Shown: positions 1 through 11,800 of the stretch, piece after piece
How the letters are laid out: the number at the start of each line of letters is the position of its first letter
How positions within the stretch are numbered: position 1 is the first letter of the stretch
DNA from: Macrostomum lignano
Taxonomy: Eukaryota
NCBI GenBank assembly: GCA_002269645.1
Contig: NIVC01004754.1
Span: 1-36,094 of the forward strand
DNA length: 36,094 bases
Direction: 5' to 3'
Notes under the pieces: model-generated
The model's input: the letters and a program-made list of their open reading frames with translations, nothing else
Told to the model about the DNA's origin: nothing
The model's database searches: none
Translations under genes and position numbers: made by a program

Positions 1-63
1 GAGAATTGCCCATCGATCTTTTCTACGCGAAAGACTGGCACTAAATACGATATGCTAAATATG

Positions 64-137
64 AATGTTCTAAATGTTCTAAATGGTACCAGCTACAGAG
101 GGGGATGCCAGCTACAGAGGGGCGCCAGCTACAGAGG
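64..137. repeat. Short tandem repeats (AATGTTCTA x~2.5; CCAGCTACAGAGG x3)
   Basis: CCAGCTACAGAGG at 89-101, 108-120 and 125-137; AATGTTCTA repeated at 64-85. Confidence 0.7.
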
Positions 138-274
138 TGCAGATTGGAGGTCCCTGTGACTAGTGTGCAAGGCTGGGAGCAAAAAGCTTTTTTCTTCTTT
201 TGCTGTCAATCCGATTTAGTAGTCTATATTTTTTAATTGAGTAATTATCTCGCACTGTCAGTTTTAATTCTTAC

Positions 275-651
275 CTCTCCGTTATTCCAGGGTATTCGCC
301 GAATCCGTGTCTCATGTCGTCGACATATTCGCCATTGTAAGCGTCTCCATCGTACCAAACTTGTTCACCTGAAGTTGTTTACGTTTTAACAATCAGTCAA
401 AACAATGAAATAACAATCAAACATTCCGACCCAGAATACCAGAATACCTTTGCCATTTCTCTTGTCATTGGAAAAACTCGCCGGAGTACGTGTCACCATT
501 AGGCCAAGTGAAAACCCCGGTTCCCTGCTTGGCCTGATCGCTAACGTCACCATCGTAGAGAGCGCCAGTTTTTATATTCGATGGATGTTACCAAGCTGCT
601 GAGACTCATGGCTGATTGAGGCTCGAAGGTTACTGGCAATGAGACAGCCAT
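275..651 (-). CDS. MORN-repeat protein, 5' exons (join complement 448-651, 275-368); three 1-nt frameshifts in homopolymers; gene presumably continues leftwards
   Basis: Manual minus-strand translation with three single-base corrections gives MAVSLPVTFEPQSAMSLSSLVTSIEYKTGALYDGDVSDQAKQGTGVFTWPNGDTYSGEFSNDKRNGKG|EQVWYDGDAYNGEYVDDMRHGFGEYxWNNGE, i.e. three consecutive MORN motifs (YxGxxxxxxxxGxGxxxWxNGD). A 79-nt GT-AG intron (447-369) is phase-1 compatible, and a GTAAG donor starts at 274. Frameshifts fall at T5 569-573, A5 472-476 and G3 290-292. An ANKMY1/RSPH1/MORN-type identity cannot be resolved. Confidence 0.75.
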
Positions 652-2085
652 GGTGCCTGTAGCTTATACTGTTTTTATCAATGCTTCAGGCTTTTGCCGC
701 TTGGTCTGAAATTATAATATAAACCTTCGATACCAATTTCGAAAAAGATTTTAGAAATTTATGAATGAAACAAAAAACAACATATGTATAATAATACATT
801 GATAAGATATTTACAAAGCAGTATTTAAGCTAAGAGACATATACAGTATGCAGTATACATTTTAAATCCATTTAGATGCTAAATGTTTCAGACTAAAAAG
901 CTTAAAACAATAAGTATCCTAACTAAGCAAATAAAGTTGTATAGGAAAGCGAGCAACATGTTATAAAAATAATTACTATCTCCATAAGCTTATGGAGCTT
1001 AGTTGGATAAAAATTCCACTAAATGGCAGTATTTTACGATACGTCCAAAGATACATTATCTGTACAAAATTGGTTAAATAACTCCATTTACTTAATAAAA
1101 TATTTTAGGCTCTTTAATCTTTGTATAGTCTCCGTATACCTGTGATTCTCAGTAAAATCAAAATACTTCCAGCGTTAGAATTATCTTCCTAAAATTTCCT
1201 TGAAAATACAGTTTTTTTGCAGCTGTTGGCTGGAAAATTTATTTAACTAAATAAAGTCTGCTTTTTCATGTTAAATTTGTCAGACGAAACGTTGGATGCA
1301 CCACATTACGACTCTTAAAGTTAAGCATTTATTATTTAAAAGTAAAACCTTTGTAAAAAATATTGTTAGTATAATTGTATTACAAGCTTAAAAACAACCA
1401 GTTATACTTACTTGTTTAAATACACAAAATCCTAATTTGGAAATTGTCGTTATCTTAGAAAATCTATTAGACCAGACCCTGACAATCGGTTAATTACAGT
1501 TATTACAGCTATCTACTTACATTCCTACTGCGCAATTGAAAAGCTAAGCAGCCTACCTAATGCAGTTAGTGTATTTTTATACTGTGAAATAACAGCTATA
1601 CTACTTTTGCTTATAATTATATTTTTTCTGTGTAGAGATTCTAATAGTAGAATATAATAATAGAAACGCAACATTCAAGAGAAAACTTAAACACCATTAT
1701 GCCATGGCATTATGCTGTATTAATGTATTATTCTATGCTATGCTAGTATTTTTCTGCAGCAAACTAAAGTGTTCTACTACTTGTCAATCAGAATAGGCTA
1801 GTGTTCAATCATTGGATTAGAAACTATTTCTCTAGGCCCAAAAGTTTTGACTTTGAGTAGGCCTAAGGCCTATTGAGTATTGTGAATGATATGATCAACA
1901 GAAGGTTCAGTTAGGCCTGTGTCTAATCTTTTATAGCCTAGCTAAAGCAGTATTTGTTATATTATCTCCAATCCTAGATATTTATAAGATTGGAAGATCA
2001 TGGCTATATTCTTTGAAATTTCATTTATATAATTCCCTGGCACTTGATTCCTTATTGTTACAGGGGTTGTGGGGGAGGGAAGTTT

Positions 2086-2640
2086 ATCCTATTGCTGACA
2101 CCAAATTTGTTGTAAGGGGGTCAGGGTTACTGGGGATTTTCTGAGCGTTTCTTAGGATTTGGGGAGGAAAATGTAATTTATTCTACTAATAGAAGTAAGC
2201 CTTAGGTTGCTCCTGGTGGCATGATGTGTCTGAGCAGCAAGACACAATTTTCTACTCAGTCTGGGGAAATATAAATGGGGGAGATAAGGGTTTCGCGATG
2301 GATTAGAGTTGCTTGGCACGCTAATGGGGAATTCTAGTGGTTAGTAGGGAATGCTGGCATAAATGGCAGGTTGCTTCATTAGGAATTAAGTAGCGGGAAT
2401 AGAACTTCTAATACTAAGGGACAATTAGTCGGGGCGAGCAGTGACTTGACAGTTGTTATGTCTAGGGAAGATCAGGGAGGGTTGGGATGCAAGGCCGATT
2501 CTTCTTGGGGAAACGCTCGCGGGGAGAAGGGAAAGGAGTGGCTGTGCGTCTCTACTGTACGCTCCTCTGAATAAGAAAGGAAGATTGACGAATACTAAAT
2601 TCTATTTTTAGCACAACTGTTCTTCTAATGCTTGAGAACA
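2086..2640 (-). mobile_element. Possible degenerate LTR-retrotransposon 5' LTR plus tRNA-Leu-like primer binding site
   Basis: Minus strand reads ...CCCCCTTACA (end 2111), a 7-nt spacer, then TGGTGTCAGCAATAGGAT (2103-2086), 15/18 identical to the common Gypsy PBS TGGTGTCAGAAGTGGGAT as I recall it. AATAAA lies ~70 nt upstream of the putative LTR end, and the composition differs sharply from the AT-rich flanks. The far boundary (2640) is a guess. Confidence 0.3.
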
Positions 2641-3767
2641 GGATAGGAGTATTGGAGCCAAGTGGCAAACCAAGCAAACACAAGTTATCTTTTCTAACAT
2701 ATATTTTTTGCTTATATAGGAAACTTTATAAAAATGGCAGATACATTATAACAATATTTTCTTACTGTATTCTTTGTTAAGGCAAAATAAAAGATGTAGC
2801 CGTACATATTTAGTGCATAGTATTAATTTAGAAGTTTACAAATACACTAAAAAGAAAAGGCAGAATTACATGCGTGAAATATGTAACATACAGTATATAA
2901 TAGAATTTTAGCTACTTCATTATCTTAGTCAGTTGACATTTTCTTAGCATTTTAAATCTTAGGGCCTATTTAATTCAAATTAAATAGTGTATTCAGGCTG
3001 CCATATCTCCAAGACTAAGTAACTTTGTATGAACACACTAAAAGGACATAGACAAAAGTACCTACTATATTCTATAATAGGTCAAAAAAGCAACCATAGT
3101 CCCAAAGATGTTTCATGCATGCCACAAAAAAATTTGACTCTGCATGCTACATTCCAAGGGTTTCATTTGCACTATGTGCTGCATGCAAAGTGGTGACTAG
3201 GGAAGAGGAGGTTAAAAGCAAAAATGTGCTTATGTTTTAAAGAGCACTTTGCTTATATGCTTACGCAATGCAGCAAAGCCTGTTTAAACAAATTGAATTC
3301 TTTTTCACAGATTGGATTACTTTTCTCTATCTTTTATTTTGTTGCAAAGGTATAATTATAACGAAATATATTATATTGTAATTATTTAACTAAAATTTCA
3401 TAATTAAAATATTGAAAAAAATAATTTAAATTAAGACATTACCAATTACAAATTTCCACAGTGCAGCCAAATCCAAATCTGTTTTATTTCCAAATCTATT
3501 TTGAAAATGCTATATGCCAAAAAATTTTTTGGCTATTGCATATGAAGTCTTACTATATATGGTAATGTAGGCGATGCAAGGGCTAAAAACCCTCATGCAT
3601 ATCACGAATTCATTGAGAAAACAGCATCCTTAGGAGAGTGAAAAGGCAATAGATAAAAAGTGACAATCAGAAAGGCAACAGTCAAAAAAGCCATAATCAC
3701 AATATATTCACATGTATTACAAGGCCCAAAAGTTTTGCATTTATGAGTCTCATAGACTTGCATTTAT

Positions 3768-4560
3768 TACGAGGGGTGTCCCAAAAGTCAGTGCACTTTC
3801 TTCACTATAGCCTTTTCTGACCAATCAGAAATATTAAGTCTATTGCAGTTAAAAAGAGAATTATCTGCCTGTTAAAATGACTTTCTGTTTATTTTTGTAT
3901 CTGCTGGCATTCTTGAGATATGAGCACTTTTCTGCTTCACCCCCTGTGCTACTTTTACAAATTGCCATAGACCAAAGCTTTGTACCTGATGCATGAAACA
4001 ATGAAACATTCAACAAATCAACAAAACATCCGCAACATGAAAGCTGAGGAAAGAACAGTTAAAAGTTAATCAACATTGTCCTGAGGCTTCTCCACATTGT
4101 CACCACTGGGTGCGCTGCACACTTCTGCCATCGGCTGTGCATTTCAACAACGCACGTCCCACATGGCCAAGAAAACGGAGGAGACGATCAAGCAGGCAAA
4201 ATCTGTGCTGCTCTCACTGCCACCCTACTCTCTGGATTTGTCAACAGCTGACTTTGCCTTCTTTCCAAAGAGGAAGAAGCTGCTGCATGGACAAATCTTT
4301 GCTTGTCATGGGAGCTTGGAAGCATTGACTTGCCAAATTCTCCTTCATGAGATGCCACACTCAGATTTTGCTGATTGACAACATTGACAACATGCATAGC
4401 CAATGGCAAAAGTGTGCAGCACAGTGGTGACTATGTGGTAAAGCTTCAGGACAATGTTGAATAACTTTTAATGGTTCATTCCTCAGCTTTCATGTTGCGG
4501 ATGTTTTGTTGTTTCATTGAATGTTTATTGAATGTTTACCCAGATACCAAAGTGACAACC
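3768..4560 (+). mobile_element. Mariner (Tc1/mariner) transposon relic, frameshifted C-terminal transposase fragment with inverted duplication
   Basis: TA|CGAGGGGTGTCCCAAAAGT mariner-type terminus at 3768. Translated fragments HFNNARPT (HDNARPH motif), LPPYSLDLSTADFAFFPKRKKLLHGQIF (YSPDL motif region) and WQKCAAHSGDYVVK (WxKCxxxxGDY C-terminus) lie in different frames. Confidence 0.8.
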
Positions 4561-5084
4561 TGTTTTTTAGTTAGATGCCATTTAATTTTAAAGTCTAGTT
4601 AACATGTAGTAGACAAAAAATAAAAAATGACCAGTTTTAAATAAACCACAAAGCCAAAGGGTGGAGTATAGCTTGCTTGAAACTTTAAATTTTTATAATA
4701 TATTAACCATTTATATCATTCTACATTTATATTTTTAGGAAAAAATTGAAAATTTAACTAACAAAAGTGATTTTAAGGCATTTATTGCATAACACTTAGT
4801 CAAGGTAGGTATGTTGCTAGATCAATCAACAAAGCCCCCAATAAATTAAAGAAAGATACACATGACAAAACATTAAAAAAGAAATGAATTAATCAATAGA
4901 AAAACCTGGAAAACTGAGAGAAAACAAGGGAAGCTATTGCCAAAAGGCTCTTTTGATATAGTTATGTCATATTTTTGTGAAAAGCAATGTTGCATAGATT
5001 ATGTAAAATTTGGGAGTTGAACATTTATGGGTAATATTAATATTAGTACCTGATTAATTATACCTGTCCTAATAGATAGATGTG

Positions 5085-5290
5085 CAACCGACAGCTCTGC
5101 TACAGCTATTGCACAGCATGTCTGAAGGTTGTATAGCTGTTCAGTCCAAGGACTAGGGGGGGGGGGTTGCCACACACATCCTCAGTTACCCAGCTGGCAC
5201 CCATTTTGCAGCTGGTTGAACTGAACCAATGCAGAGTTCAGTGTCACTGCTAAAGGACACAAATAACAACTGGGCTTCAGTCAGGCTAAA
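5085..5290 (+). mobile_element. Possible degenerate CORE-SINE (MIR-core-like) relic
   Basis: 5200-5262 CCCATTTTGCAGCTGGTTGAACTGAACCAATGCAGAGTTCAGTGTCACTGCTAAAGGACACAA resembles the MIR/CORE consensus CCCATTTTACAGATGAGGAAACTGAGGCACAGAGAGGTTAAGT...GCCCAAGGTCACA (recalled, aligned by eye). Boundaries are uncertain. Confidence 0.35.
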
Positions 5291-5619
5291 CCCCTCTTCT
5301 ATATTATTATCACTGTATATAATTTTTATAGTGGTAATTTTGTTTTTAGAGACTATAGAAGAGTGGCGTTGGGGATTTTTAAATTGAGTGTGTGAAAAAT
5401 TTGTTGTGAATTCGAAGTTTCCATGTTTTAAATGTTCCTGACTTAATCAAATTATTAAGAAAATAAAAAATGTATTTAAATAAAAATTACTAAAAATAAA
5501 AAAAAAAAATTTGACAACAAAAACAAAAAAATTCCATCTCCCAAACGTTTTGTAAAATAAAAGTAGAAAAAACTAATTTAAAAATGATTCATAAACTTTT
5601 CCAGCTACTAAAAACAATC

Positions 5620-5877
5620 ATGCTACTTCCCAAATCACTATTTCTGGCACTGCTATGCTCTGCCACTGTCACTATAGTGTCCTCCATCTCGCCCTGCTCT
5701 GTGGGCATTCCGCCAACCAGCTGTTCGGCCTGCATCAAATTGCACAGCTCCTGCGCCTGGTGCACAGACGAATCATTTGATGACAGTCGCATTGGGCCTC
5801 AGCACAGGTGCGGCACTAAGGCCGAGCTTAGGGACCGCGGCTGCATTCTCATGGAGTCGCCAGTTAGTCGCGCTGAG
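5620..5877 (+). CDS. ITGB: Integrin beta exon 1 (signal peptide + PSI domain)
   Basis: MLLPKSLFLALLCSATVTIVSS signal-like, PSI cysteines, donor GAG|GTGAGG at 5877/5878. Confidence 0.88.
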
Positions 5878-8800
5878 GTGAGGGAAGAAATGTACTTTTA
5901 CTCAATCTTGGTAGCCTTAGACTGTCTTTATTGGTCAATTATAGATGGATACGGATCAATGGTCTTCATGCAGACTTGCAACCCAATCACATCCGGCTCT
6001 ATATAGGACCACAACCTGTCACATCTGGCTCTTTATTGAGTCACAATCTGTCACATCTGGCTCCTTATTGAGTCACAACCTGTCACATCTGGCTCTTTAG
6101 TCTTTATAGTGGGTCACAACCTGTCACACCTGGCTATTTATAGTGGGTCACAACCTGTCACATCTGGCTCGTATTGAGTCACAACCTGTCACACCTGGCT
6201 ATTTATAGTGGGTCACAACCTGTCACATCTGGCTCTTTATAATGGGTCACAACCTGTCACATCTGGCTCTTTATTGAGTCACAACCTGTCACATCTGGCT
6301 CCTTATTGGGTTACAACCTGTCACATCCGGGTCCTTATTGGGTCACAACCTGTCAAATCTGGCTCTTTATTGAGTCACAACCTGTCACATCTAGCTTTTT
6401 ATAGTGGGTCACACCTGGCCCTTAATAGTCGATCACAACCCGGTCACACCTGGCCCTTAAAAGTTGATCACAACCTCTCAACCCTGGGTCCTGGATCCCT
6501 GGATCACAACTATTCCGCCTGGCTCCTCATGGTGAGTCACAACTTTTCACTCCTGGCTCCTTTAGTGAGTCACAATCTGTCACACCTGGCCCTTAATAAT
6601 GGGTCACAGCCTGTCACACGTGGCTCCTTAATCCGGTCACACCCAGCCCTATATAGTGGGTCACAACCCGTCGCGTCGCACTCTCGCACCAAAGTCGCCG
6701 TCTTCGATTCTGAGCCACATTAATCTGGGGCTCCAAGGCACGGAGTACATCAGCAGAGCATGTCTGACTGAGCCCCCACACTGCATCCCACAGCCCCACT
6801 TACAGAAGGCAACTGTTCAATGGCAATAGCAAATGTTCTTCCATCATGCACTATAATATCGTGAGAAAGTAAATAAATAATCTAAATAATAATCTTAAAT
6901 AAAGTCTCACTTATTTATTGTACTAGAACAATCTCTCGGGGATTGCATTTATGTAGCTATATTCATTCAGTTATGTTCCCATAACCATATCCGTAACTTC
7001 CCATAGCCGTTTCTATAGCTACGACAGAACTCTAGATAGGGCCAGAAGCTCGCAAATGAAGATTTATCACCCCTGTCCATCTGCACATTCCCAGATCATG
7101 CTCGACAACCCGCTGAGCGATAGCAACCAAATCAAGCCTCAAAATGTGAGCGTATGGGCCCGAACTCATCATTCAATCCAACTGGAATTCGAATTTAAGC
7201 AAGCTGAAAACTACCCGGTGGACATGTACATCCTGTCCGACAAGAGTCACAGTATGCGAGACTTTCTACAGTCCGTAGCCAACATGTCCGAGAAGATCCA
7301 GCAGACTCTGGGCGAGCTGACTCGCAACTGGCGCATCGGGGTCGGATTCTTTGTCGACAAGCCAGTGTTCCCCTACGTGCAGCCGAATCCGTCTGCTGCG
7401 CCCTGCGACTCTTTGGGCTTCGGCGAACGGTGCATCGACACCTTCAGCTATATTCACGCTATGGATTTGAGCCAGAATGTCGTCGAGCTTAAAGAAGTAA
7501 ATCTTCACCTTATTATATACCGATATGTAGCGTTATTACCTTTGGATGAGCTATATAAATGCTATGCTACCCTCCCAGGCTTTTAACTTTCATTTGTACC
7601 GTCGCTCGATAATTTGACCTTTATTTGTACTCTACTTACCCTAATTACGACGCGCTCTGACTCTTTAACCTTCATTTGTACCGGTGCTACCTTTGCCCGA
7701 CTCTTTAACCTTATTTGTACCGGTGCTACCTTTGCCCGACTCTTTAACCTTATTTGTACCGGTGCTACCTTTGCCCGACTCTTTAACCTTATTTGTACCG
7801 GTGCTACCTTTGCCCGACTCTTTAACCTTATTTGTACCGGTGCTACCTTTGCCCGACTCTTTAACCTTATTTGTACCGGTGCTACCTTTGCCCGACTCTT
7901 TAACCTTCATTTGTACCTGTGCTGCCCTTCCCCGACTCTTTAACCTTCATTTGTACCCTTCATTTGAAACTACGTTGTCTGACTAATTTAACTTTCATTT
8001 GTGCCTTTTCATACCCACATTAGGTCACAGCGGCCAAGACCATCTCGGCCAACCTGGACGCCCCCGAAGGCTCCCTAGACGCCCTACTGCAGGCGGTGAT
8101 CTGCCGCTCACAAATTGGTTGGCGATCGAATTCTCGCAAAGTGGTCCTGCTGGCTATTGATGGCGGCTTTCACATGGCTGGCGACGGCCGGTTTGGCGGC
8201 ATTATCGAACCGTTTCCCGAGTCGCAGTGTCACCTGGAGACGGGTAGGAATAAACTGAATGTTACTGGCAGTCTGGAGTACGTCAATGCCACCAGGTGCG
8301 TTAGAGATGTTTTTTGTAACTTGGCAACGGTTAGTTAATACTCAACTGAGCGAGGCGTGAGTGAATGAGGAGCGATTGTGAGAGGTGTGAATGAGTTGAG
8401 AAGTGAATGAGTGAGGAGTGATAAGTGAATGAGTGAGGAGCAAGTAGTGAATGAGTGAGGAGTGAGAGTGAATGAGTGAGGAGCAAGTAGTGAATGAGTA
8501 AGGAGTGAGAAGTGAATGAGTGAGGAGTGAGAAGTGAATGAGTGAGGGGTGAGAAGTGAATGAGTGAGAAGTGAATGAGTGAGGAGTGAGAAGTGAATGA
8601 GTGAGAAGTGAGTGAGTGAGGAGTGAGAAGTGAGTGAGTGAGAAGTGAGTGAGTGAGAAGTGAGTGAGTGAGGAGTGAGAAGTGAGTGAGTGAGAAGTGA
8701 GTGAGTGAGGAATGAGAAGTGAGTGAGTGAGAAGTGAGTGAGTGAGGAGTGAGAAGTGAGTGAGTGAGTGAGAAGTGAGTGAGTGAGGAGTGAGAAGTGA

Positions 8801-11800
8801 GTGAGTGAGAAGTGAGTGAGTGAGGAGTGAGAAGTGAGTGAGTGAGAAGTGAGAAGTGAATGAGTGAGAAGTTAATGAGTGAGGAGTGAGAAGTGAATGA
8901 GTGAGGAGTGAGTGAGTGAGGAGTAAGAAGTGAGTGAGTGAGGAGTGAGAAGTGAATGAGTGAGAAGTGAATGAGTGAGGAGTGAGGAGTGAGAAGTGAG
9001 TGAGTGAGGAATGAGAAGTGAGTGAGTGAGAAGTGAGTGAGTGAGGAGTGAGAAGTGAGTGAGGAGTGAGAAGTGAGTGAGTGAGGAATGAGAAGTGAGT
9101 GAGGAGTGAGAAGTGAGTGAGTGAGGAGTGAGAAGTGAGTGAGTGAGAAGTGAGTGAGTGAGGAATGAGAAGTGAGTGAGTGAGAAGTGAGTGAGTGAGG
9201 ACTGAGAAGTGAGTGAGTGAGGACTGAGAAGTGAGTGAGTGAGAAGTGAGAAGTGAATGAGTGAGAAGTTAATGAGTGAGGAGTGAGAAGTGAATGAGTG
9301 AGGAATGAGAAGTGAGTGAGTGAGAAGTGAGTGAGTGAGAAGTGAATGAGTGAGAAGTTAATGAGTGAGTGAGTGAGAAGTGAGTGAGTGAGGAATGAGA
9401 AGTGAGTGAGTGAGAAGTGAGTGAGTGAGGACTGAGAAGTGAGTGAGTGAGGACTGAGAAGTGAGTGAGTGAGAAGTGAGAAGTGAATGAGTGAGAAGTT
9501 AATGAGTGAGGAGTGAGAAGTGAATGAGTGAGGAATGAGAAGTGAGTGAGTGAGAAGTGAGTGAGTGAGAAGTGAATGAGTGAGAAGTTAATGAGTGAGT
9601 GAGTGAGAAGTGAGTGAGTGAGGAATGAGAAGTGAGTGAGTGAGAAGTGAGTGAGTGAGGACTGAGAAGTGAGTGAGTGAGGACTGAGAAGTGAGTGAGT
9701 GAGAAGTGAGAAGTGAATGAGTGAGAAGTTAATGAGTGAGGAGTGAGAAGTGAATGAGTGAGGAATGAGAAGTGAGTGAGTGAGAAGTGAGTGAGTGAGG
9801 ACTGAGAAGTGAGTGAGTGAGGACTGAGAAGTGAGTGAGTGAGAAGTGAGAAGTGAATGAGTGAGAAGTGAGTGAGTGAGGAGTGAGAAGTGAGTGAGTA
9901 AGGAGTGAGTGAGTGAGGAGTGAGAAGTGAGTGAGCGAGTGAGGAGCTAGTGGTTAGTTCACTCTGTCGTGATATTTCTGCTGTGACTCCTGTATATCTT
10001 TAGTTTAGGTTACTTATGGAAAAAACTACTTGAAAAATGGTTTTTAACAGTAGAACTACCAAGAGGGGGGATGACGGCGTCCGGGTGAAGACTGAATGCT
10101 TGAGATACTAGCTGAGGATTTCCGGCGGTTGAGGCTTGCCCATTATTGAAGCTTGATAAGAAAAATCTGACATATTTTCGCAAAATGATGTCCATAGTCA
10201 CCTGGTGTCATCTGTTGAAAGTACCGACGGCGTCGGGTGATGACGGAATGCTCGAGAGACCAGCTGAGGATACCTAGCAGTTGAGGTTTTCCACTGTCGA
10301 GGCTTGATCGGCGAAACTAGAGAAATTCGTATCAGGGTGTCGATAGTCACCGGTGCCATCTGTTGAAGGTCCAGAAGCTCCATCTGGGTGAAGGCCAGTG
10401 ACCAAAGAAGTGTTCAAGTTGCTGATAAAATTTGGAGGCTTGGCAAGGCTGCACTGAGGCGAAGTGCTAATTGGCGCACAGGGGTGTACTGAATACACTG
10501 GCGCTTATGGGAAAAATCCGAACTTCCGGCAGAATCGTCGAATATCTCGACGATCCAGAGGGCTGGCGACTTTATTCTTGTTTGAGAAGGTGCGCAACAA
10601 AAAGTTAGCCCGTGTTCTTGAACTTCGTGTGCCTGCGTTGCTCCAATACGGCGCAGCAAAAAAATTGTCAAGGGGGGATTTTCTTTACTGATAATAATTA
10701 ATTGATAAAACTTCAGATTTGACTATCCATCAATTGGGCAAGTTGCCAAGGTGCTCTCCGACGCCAAGGTGTCTGTAATATTCGCCTTGAAATCTGACAG
10801 CTACACGCCTCTGTACATGCAACTGAAGCACGCCCTGCCAGTGGTGACTGAAGTCGATCTGGTCACTAACGATAACGTATTGGAATTGATTAAAAAGAAT
10901 TATCGATCCATTGCTGAGACTGTTGAGATTCGGGCTAACGATCCTGGCCTATGGTTGAACATCACGTCCGAGGTTCGATGCCCCGGCGAGACCGATTTCA
11001 AATTGGGCAACAGGTGCCACCGAGTGCCGCTAGGAGCCACCGTGTCCTACAGGGCCACCGTCACCCTCACCAAGTGCCTGCCCCGGCCAGAAGAGATTGT
11101 ACATTTCGCGTCAACAACTTCTGACGATCGAATGGAAGTTCGAATTAAATCGCTGTGCAATTGTCCGGAGTGCGAGGCCAAAGCTAATCCTCTGCAGAAG
11201 GTGCCGAAGTGTCAGAATGTCGGGTGAGTTCTACCGTTTTGATTGCGTCATCCCTCAGAGCTTTAGTTAGCCAGCGCTGTACTTGGCTGTACGTAATTCT
11301 CGGAGTCGCTAGCACTTTTTGGATGACCTTAAAAGAGAAGAGAGGTGAGAGTGGGAGAAGAGAAGGCAGAGGAGAGAGGGACAAGAGAAAGGGGATGAGA
11401 GAGGGAGAAGAGAAAGGGGATGAGAGTGGGAGCAGAGAAGGGAGATGAGAGTGGGAGAAGAGAACGGAGATGAGATGAGAGAGGGAGAAGAGCAGGGAGA
11501 GGAGAGAGGGAGGAGAGAAGGGAGATGAGAGAGGGAGAAGAGAAGGGAGATGAGAGAGGGAGAAGAGAATGGAGATGAGAGAGGGAGAAGATAATGGAGA
11601 TGAGAGAGGGAGAAGAGAAGGGAGATGAGAGAGGGAGAAGAGAAGGGAGATGAGAGAGGGAGAAGAGAATGGAGATGAGAGAGGGAGAAGAGAAGGGAGC
11701 GGAGAGAGGGAGAAGAGAGAGGGAGAGGAGAGAGGGAGAAGATAAGGGAGAACAGAAGAAAGAGGAGAGAGGAGAGGAGAGAGAGGGGGAGAAGAGAGAG

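Noticed and set aside
2056-2888. Solo LTR bounded by TGTTACA...TGTAACA
   Set aside because: Flanks CTTAT and TACAG do not form a target-site duplication; such heptamers occur by chance.
5584-5619. Upstream in-frame ATG at 5584 as the integrin start
   Set aside because: It adds 12 non-signal residues, and a branch-like CTAAT plus TTTTCCAG acceptor at 5597-5604 suggests it is removed; 5620 gives a clean signal peptide. Not excluded absolutely.
6208-7986. ORFs 6208-6723, 7614-7943, 7665-7910 and 7684-7986
   Set aside because: Translations of the 32-34-bp and 39-bp intronic minisatellites; open in several frames with no domain signal.
10010-10691. Short ORFs in integrin intron 3 as a nested gene
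   Set aside because: 60-85 aa, overlapping on both strands, with no recognisable motif or consistent splice structure.
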